The notes under the pieces: generated by a model
What the model saw: the letters and a program-made list of their open reading frames with translations, nothing else
Told to the model about the DNA's origin: nothing
Databases searched by the model: none
Assembly: GCA_049510745.1 (NCBI GenBank)
Contig: JBEKYR010000029.1
Coordinates: 1-63,777, forward strand
Length of the DNA stretch: 63,777 nucleotides
Reading direction: 5' to 3'
Source: Verrucomicrobiota bacterium
GTDB taxonomy: Bacteria > Verrucomicrobiota > Verrucomicrobiia > Limisphaerales > Palsa-1400
Part shown: one piece after another, positions 58,323 to 63,777 of the stretch
Numbering within the stretch: the first letter of the stretch is position 1
How the letters are laid out: the number at the start of each line of letters is the position of its first letter
Position numbers and translations under genes: made by a program

Positions 58323-58682
58323 TCAGTTTCCGCTGTCTTCCTGGAGATATTTGAGAATCTCCCTGGCCTGCGCCGCGGGAAGATTGGCCCGCACTCGCAT
58401 GTGCGTCACGATCGTCTTCCACTGGGCCGGCGTAAACTCGGTCGGATACCGTTCCGCGTGGCACCGATTACAGTTGATTTGATACAACTGGGCGCCGGTC
58501 AGCTTCTTTTTCTCCGCCTTTTTGGCCGGCTTGGCGTCTCCGCCTTGAGCGGCTGGAGCATTAGAGTCACCCGCGGCAACCAAAGCGATGGACGCCGCGA
58601 AAACGAGCGAGGCCAGCAGTGGGAGGAGAATCCCCGGCCGCCGTCCTGGCTTGGCTGAACTGAGTTGATTCATCATTTTCAT
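58323..58682 (-). CDS. Small monoheme cytochrome c
   Basis: Signal peptide, GAQLYQINCNRCH, WKTIVTHMRVRANL. Confidence 0.82.
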   Translation of the reverse strand: MKMMNQLSSAKPGRRPGILLPLLASLVFAASIALVAAGDSNAPAAQGGDAKPAKKAEKKKLTGAQLYQINCNRCHAERYPTEFTPAQWKTIVTHMRVRANLPAAQAREILKYLQEDSGN

Positions 58683-58807
58683 CGGGTCAAATCTGTAACA
58701 GGAAGGCGGGCGAGCGGCTACTTGCCCCTTGGCATTTACTGCTTGCCGATTGCGCAGGCGGGGAAGAATCGAAACCGAACAAGCCCTCAGAAGCGCCTGG
58801 GGCGGAG

Positions 58808-59698
58808 TCAGATCGGCACGGTGGATTGCAGCGTGGCCCGATACTCTGTCGGCGGCATGCCAACGCATCGTTTGAACACGCTGTTGAACCGCGGGATGGA
58901 GCCGAACCCGGCGGCAAAGACAACCTCCGAGATGCGCACCGACGGATCCACCAACAGCGTCTTGGCCTTTTCCACACGGACGCGGGCGACATACTCAGTC
59001 AGGGTCATGCCGGTGGCTTTCTTGAACATCTTGCAAAAATGGAAGCGGCTGACATTGACGTGTTGCGCCACCAGCGGCAGCGTGATCCTCTCCTCGGAGT
59101 GGGACAGAACAAATTGCTTGGCGCTGGAGACCGGCTTAGGCTCATTGGCGGAGGCGGAAATCGCGTGGCGGCTGGCGTAGTCGGCCAGATACTGGGCAAA
59201 GACGTTGAGCAAATGCACCATGGCCTGAAAGCGGTCGGGCGGAACGACCGGCGTGTCGAAATAGGCCTTGCGCGCCTTCTTTTCCCAATCCGGGTTCGGC
59301 TCGACCTTGAGCATCTGGACCACCATCTGGAAATCGCGCTCGGTGGGTGGGCGGCGAAAAATTTGTCCGCTCATCAACGTCGCCACATGCCGGCCATTGA
59401 CGACCACCGGCACGGCGATATCCGTCAGGCCGGCAAAGCAGGAGACTTGCTGCGGAACGAGTCTCTTGCCGGCGCCTCTTTGGGCGCGTCTTTCGGATTC
59501 CAAACAGGCATCGCAACCGGCCGGAGCACGGGTGACGAGGGAGCAGAAGGCGTTTTCGAATTCGCCAAAGCTCAGGCGCTGGCCGGACTCGGCCGGCGGG
59601 ACGACTTTGAGCGACATCCCCGTCACTTTGCGGAACGCCGTCTCGTAATACTGGATTACGGGCAAGCGGACCAAGTCATCGAACGCAATTTGATTCAT
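58808..59698 (-). CDS. PocR-sensor AraC family regulator
   Basis: NAFC..C..CFAGLTDIAVPV..GQ PocR domain; FCKMFKKATG, GFGSIPRFNSVFK..P.EYR. Confidence 0.9.
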   Translation of the reverse strand: MNQIAFDDLVRLPVIQYYETAFRKVTGMSLKVVPPAESGQRLSFGEFENAFCSLVTRAPAGCDACLESERRAQRGAGKRLVPQQVSCFAGLTDIAVPVVVNGRHVATLMSGQIFRRPPTERDFQMVVQMLKVEPNPDWEKKARKAYFDTPVVPPDRFQAMVHLLNVFAQYLADYASRHAISASANEPKPVSSAKQFVLSHSEERITLPLVAQHVNVSRFHFCKMFKKATGMTLTEYVARVRVEKAKTLLVDPSVRISEVVFAAGFGSIPRFNSVFKRCVGMPPTEYRATLQSTVPI

Positions 59699-59880
59699 AC
59701 CGGTCAGAAATCATTTGCACCGCGCCCGTCATGAACAACGGGCTGCAACCGCGGTGCGCGCCGCCCAAATCAGGCGCCCTTTTCCGATTGGGGAAATCAT
59801 ACTCCATTTTCTCGATTCGGGCAATCAAAACCACCGCCCCAGGCTCTCCCCAAATCCTAAGAACCGTTGCAGTTCATCCC

Positions 59881-59930
59881 GGGAGCGCACGCGCCCCCGC
59901 GTGCAGCGGTCGGCGCCCCCGCCGACCGCT
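59881..59930. repeat. REP-like double hairpin
   Basis: gcacgcg-cccc-cgcgtgc then agcggtcggcg..cgccgaccgct. Confidence 0.55.
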
Positions 59931-60007
59931 TCTTCGCTCTCCTATCCAATTTGAATAGGTCATCGCTCGGCGGTAAGGCCGCGGTAGGCGAGGATTTGGC
60001 CTCTCTT

Positions 60008-61441
60008 CTAATCCACCAGCGCGCGTTCGATTTCTTCCAGGGTTTTGCCCTTGGTTTCAGGCAGCTTGTAGCGGATGAAAACGAAGCCGAAGACGCAGAT
60101 GACCGCGTAGAGCCAGAAGGTCCCCGCCGCCCCCAGCTTGGCGTTCAATCGCGGAAACGTGTATGTCAACAAGAAACAGGCGATCCACAGCGAACTGACC
60201 GCCACCGACATGGCCGCCCCCCGAATGCGATTGGGGAAAATCTCCGAAATCACCACCCACGTCACCGGCGCCAGCGACATCGAGTAGCAGGCGATCGCCG
60301 CCAGCACCAGCGCCAGCACGGGCAACCCGGTCACCCCGCCGCGGTAGCAGAATCCCAGCGCCAGATAAATAAAGGCCAGCCCCGCGCTGCCCAGCAGCAT
60401 CAAGGGCCGCCGTCCGCCGCGATCCACCACGCCCAGCGCCACAAACGTGAACACCAGGTTGACCGAGCCGGTCCAGGCGATGTTTTGCAGGACGCTGGAA
60501 ATATCGTATCCGGCCGCGCGAAAAATTTCTTCCGCGTAATTGAAAATCACGTTGATGCCGCACCATTGCTGAAAAACCGCCAGCACCACTCCCAAACCGA
60601 GCACCCGCCGCATCTTCGGTTCCAGAAGGTCCTGGAAGCGCACCCGCTGGATTTCTTCGCCGGCCAGCGTCGATTGGGTTTCTCTCCATGCCGCCTCGGC
60701 GTAACTCTCCCCGCCAATCGACTTGAAGATGCGCCGGGCGCTTTCGCCTCTGCCGTTTTTGATCAGCCAGCGCGGACTTTCCGGCACCAGCAGCATCCCC
60801 AGGAAAAAAAGCAGCGACGGCGCGGCAGTCAAGCCGAACATCCAGCGCCAGCCTGCCTGGCCGAACCAGGAATGCCGGATGAACTCGTCCTTCGCCGCAG
60901 CCAGGGCGTGCGGCCCCAAGGCGTGTTCCATCTGCGCGCCGAGGTCCCGCACCAGCCACCAATTAATCATCTGCGCCAGCAAAATGCCGATCACAATGGT
61001 CAGTTGGTTGATCGAGACCAGCCTGCCCCGCATCGAGGCGGGGGCGATTTCGGCGATGTACATGGGCGAGAGGTTCGAGGCCAGCCCGATGGCCACGCCG
61101 CCGAGAATGCGCCAGGCAATGAAAATGGAAAACGTGGGCGCGAGGCCGTTGCCCACCGAAGTGACGGCGAACAACAACGCGGACAGGATGAGCAGCCGTT
61201 TGCGGCCAAAGCGGTCGCTCAACGCCCCGGCCGTCAGCGCGCCAAACAAGCAGCCGATCAGCGCGCAACTGTTGGCCCAACCGACCAGGGCCGGGTCTTG
61301 CAGGTTGAAGTAGCGCTCGAAGAACAGCTTGGCGCCGCCGATCACCACCCAATCCCATCCGAAGAGCAGCCCGCCCAGCGCGGCCACAATCGAAACCAGC
61401 CAAATGTAGCGAAGATTGAACTTCGCCTGGATTTCGTTCAC
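60008..61441 (-). CDS. Sugar porter family MFS transporter (XylE/AraE-like)
   Basis: LGGLLFGWD, DRFGRK, PMYIAEIAP..RGRLVS, PESPRWL, QQWCGIN, PETKGKTLEEI; GTG start. Confidence 0.93.
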   Translation of the reverse strand: MNEIQAKFNLRYIWLVSIVAALGGLLFGWDWVVIGGAKLFFERYFNLQDPALVGWANSCALIGCLFGALTAGALSDRFGRKRLLILSALLFAVTSVGNGLAPTFSIFIAWRILGGVAIGLASNLSPMYIAEIAPASMRGRLVSINQLTIVIGILLAQMINWWLVRDLGAQMEHALGPHALAAAKDEFIRHSWFGQAGWRWMFGLTAAPSLLFFLGMLLVPESPRWLIKNGRGESARRIFKSIGGESYAEAAWRETQSTLAGEEIQRVRFQDLLEPKMRRVLGLGVVLAVFQQWCGINVIFNYAEEIFRAAGYDISSVLQNIAWTGSVNLVFTFVALGVVDRGGRRPLMLLGSAGLAFIYLALGFCYRGGVTGLPVLALVLAAIACYSMSLAPVTWVVISEIFPNRIRGAAMSVAVSSLWIACFLLTYTFPRLNAKLGAAGTFWLYAVICVFGFVFIRYKLPETKGKTLEEIERALVD

Positions 61442-61445
61442 AGGA

Positions 61446-62465
61446 TCAGACGCCGGCCTGCGCCAAAAGTTCCTCGGCGATTTGCACGGCGTTGAGCGCG
61501 GCCCCTTTGAGCAATTGGTCGCCCGCCACCCAGAAACAAAGCCCGTTGTCGAACGCGCAGTCCTTCCGCAACCGGCCCACCTGGCAGTTGTACTTCTCGC
61601 TCGCGTAGAGCGGCAGCGGATATTCCTTCTTTTCCGGGTTGTCCACCACATCCAGGCCGGGCGCCTGCTTGAGGACGGCGCGCGCGGCTTCGACGGTGAC
61701 CGGCTTCTCAAATTCCGCGCTGACGGCGATGGAGTGCGCCCGATAAACCGGCACCCGCACGCAGGTCACGCTGGCGCGGAAGGCCGGATGGTGCATGATT
61801 TTGCGGCCTTCGTTCTCCATCTTGGCTTCTTCCTTGGTGTAACCGTTGGGCAGAAAAACATCCACTTGCGGCAGGACGTTGAAGGCGATTTGGTGCGGAT
61901 AAACCTCCTTTGTCACCGGCTGGCCCGCCACGATCTGGCCGACTTGACGTTTCAATTCCTCGATCGCCTTGGCCCCCGTCCCGGAAACGGCCTGGTAGCT
62001 GGAGGCGAATATCCTCGTCACTCCAAAGGCGCGGTGCAGCGGATAGAGCGCCATCAGGGTGATGGCCGTGGTGCAATTCGGGTTGGCGATGATGCCCTTG
62101 TGCTTGCGGATGTCCTCGGCGTTGATCTCGGGCACGACCAACGGCACCGCGTCGTCCATGCGGAAGGCGCTGGAATTGTCGATCACCACGCAGCCGGCCT
62201 GGACGGCCAGGGGCGCAAATTCCTTGGAGATGCTCCCGCCGGCGCTGAACAGGGCGAGGTCGATTCCTTTGAAAGAGTCGCGGGTCAATTCCCGCACGGC
62301 CACGGCCCGGCCGCGGAACGTCATGGTCTTGCCAACCGACCTGGCCGAGGCGAGCAAGGTCAGTTGGCCCGTGGGAAACTTGCGTTTCTCCAGCGTCTTG
62401 AGCATTTCAACACCGACGGCGCCCGTGGCGCCGACAATCGCAACATGTGGTTTCGCATTCATCAA
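61446..62465 (-). CDS. asd: Aspartate-semialdehyde dehydrogenase
   Basis: GATGAVG, DNSSAFRM, IIANPNCTT, YQAVSGTG, CVRVPV, LLKGAALNAVQIAE. Confidence 0.97.
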   Translation of the reverse strand: MMNAKPHVAIVGATGAVGVEMLKTLEKRKFPTGQLTLLASARSVGKTMTFRGRAVAVRELTRDSFKGIDLALFSAGGSISKEFAPLAVQAGCVVIDNSSAFRMDDAVPLVVPEINAEDIRKHKGIIANPNCTTAITLMALYPLHRAFGVTRIFASSYQAVSGTGAKAIEELKRQVGQIVAGQPVTKEVYPHQIAFNVLPQVDVFLPNGYTKEEAKMENEGRKIMHHPAFRASVTCVRVPVYRAHSIAVSAEFEKPVTVEAARAVLKQAPGLDVVDNPEKKEYPLPLYASEKYNCQVGRLRKDCAFDNGLCFWVAGDQLLKGAALNAVQIAEELLAQAGV

Positions 62466-62522
62466 GGGATAAAGAATATATGCACGCAGCCCGGCCTGTC
62501 AAACGGAGGTGGGAGCACGTCG

Positions 62523-62643
62523 TAATGCCTCGGTGACGGCGGGGCTGGGAATGGTAGGGTCGCCTCGCCGAGGCGACCACCCGGCAAGAACCAGCCTCGG
62601 ACGGCTCGGCGAGCCGTCCCTACCATCCGTCACTGACGCATTA
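62523..62643. repeat. Composite REP element with 17-bp terminal inverted repeats
   Basis: taatgcctcggtgacgg / ccgtcactgacgcatta enclosing ggtagggtcgcctcgccgaggcgacc and ggacggctcggcgagccgtccctacc. Confidence 0.75.
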
Positions 62644-62723
62644 GAGCGCGTCCGGCTTTCGGTCGTGAGCGCTGATTTTTCATAGGTTCGGCAGAGTGAC
62701 GGTGAATCTGGACACATGTTTTT

Positions 62724-63632
62724 TTAGTCGAATTCAGTCGAATTGGGTCGAATTGGGTCGGATTGGGTCTTTGCGAGGAGGGCATCGTGCTGGGCGACTG
62801 CCTGACGGGCTTTTTGGATGTCATTCTGGTGCTCGGCGACGGTGAAGGATTCCCAGATTTTCTCGTTTTGGTATTTGACGTCCAGGTCGGCGGCGATGCG
62901 CGCGGCGGCGTCGAGGTCTCCGGCCTTTTCGGCTTTTTCGATGGCGTTGAGGGAGTGGAAGGCGGCCGCTTCCTTCATTTGTTCGATGTGCGCCAGCTTG
63001 GTCTGGTGTTCGCGCCATTTTGAGCCGGGTCCGACGTAGCGTTTCCTGACGTTGTCCCAGTCGGCCCGGTAACGGTGGAGTCCGAAGATTTGGTCGATGG
63101 CATCTTTCTTCTCCTTTTCCGAGAGGGGCTTTTTCTGTTCAGCCTGGTCGGCCGGCGGTGTGAGCTTTGCCTGGCGCTCGGTCAGAAGCGTTGAGTAGTA
63201 TTGGTAGCGACGCATGGCGGAGAAGGAGATTCTGAGTTCGCGCCAAAGTTTGGCGGTTTTGTCCGGGTCGGCCGAATCGGGCAGGGTTTTGAGGGAGGCG
63301 AGCATGTGGGCGGCGAAGAAGACGGCCATTTGGTCGATGACGCCGCCTTGCTGGGAGCGGAGGATTTCCGGAGTGATGCCGGTGATGGCGCCGAGTTGCC
63401 TGCCGATGGCTTGCTCGCGTTTCCAGTCCTCGTAGCCGCCGTTTTTCCATTCGGTGAGGTTTCCGGCCTTGATCGGGCTGGAATGGAACTCCTTCTTGAG
63501 GATGGCGTTAACTTCGGGCAGTTTATTGAGCCATTTCACGAGGTCCTTTGCCTGTTGGCCGTCGTTGAGGCGTTGGTTGAGGCGTTCGCGGATTTCCTGG
63601 GGCAAGCGGGCGATTTTACCGATGCGGGTCAT
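62724..63632 (-). CDS. Hypothetical protein, DUF3486/Mu gp27-like N-terminus
   Basis: MTRIGKIARLPQEIRERLNQRL..LVKWLN..NLTEWKNGGY; C-terminus encoded by a 10-bp tandem repeat. Confidence 0.6.
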   Translation of the reverse strand: MTRIGKIARLPQEIRERLNQRLNDGQQAKDLVKWLNKLPEVNAILKKEFHSSPIKAGNLTEWKNGGYEDWKREQAIGRQLGAITGITPEILRSQQGGVIDQMAVFFAAHMLASLKTLPDSADPDKTAKLWRELRISFSAMRRYQYYSTLLTERQAKLTPPADQAEQKKPLSEKEKKDAIDQIFGLHRYRADWDNVRKRYVGPGSKWREHQTKLAHIEQMKEAAAFHSLNAIEKAEKAGDLDAAARIAADLDVKYQNEKIWESFTVAEHQNDIQKARQAVAQHDALLAKTQSDPIRPNSTEFD

Positions 63633-63777
63633 AAATCAAAGGGATGAAGGAAGAAGGCATCGATTTCGCAAGGTGGTCGGGATTTCTGGTTGGAGCAGAC
63701 ATCCGATTTTTTGGCCGGGCGGCAGCGCTGCGTCTGGCGTTCCGGCCTCCTTGGGTTTAGGACAAAGCATCGCTTTA

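Overview
A GC-rich bacterial chromosome segment, most consistent with Verrucomicrobiota (Pedosphaerales-like). That call is inferred from the H-X9-DG pilin-like protein, the many PQQ-like beta-propellers, MoxR/DUF58 and the REP types. Housekeeping content: DAHP synthase, dapA/dapB, asd, an aspartate aminotransferase, folB, tmRNA (tag ANQELALAA) and a partial pilT. Accessory content: two single-chain restriction-modification enzymes, a repeat-flanked GxxExxY gene, and a GIY-YIG gene at the tmRNA 3' end. The most striking unexplained signal is an about 820-nt stretch (22570-23397) with no credible ORF. It has an extended -10 promoter, four upstream DnaA-box-like sites, pairing between its 5' and 3' ends, nested long-range helices, several GNRA tetraloops and an intrinsic terminator, so it is a candidate giant structured ncRNA. 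Three poorly described metabolic or redox clusters are also present. (i) A MarR-controlled operon of PQQ-like propellers, a Na+ symporter, an EhpF-like adenylating enzyme, an atypical ALDH and an Fe-ADH. (ii) A Tat NHL protein, ferredoxin, NapH-like protein and PQQ-propeller cluster ending in a bifurcating-type NuoE-NuoF fusion plus a GltD-like subunit lacking its NAD(P)H domain. (iii) A porin, small cytochromes c, a flavoprotein, Rieske, cytochrome b and hexaheme cytochrome operon resembling anammox-type bc complexes. A HAD-NUDIX fusion coupled to folB is a candidate for the unassigned folate-pathway phosphatase. All assignments come from reading motifs by eye; no database searches were run.
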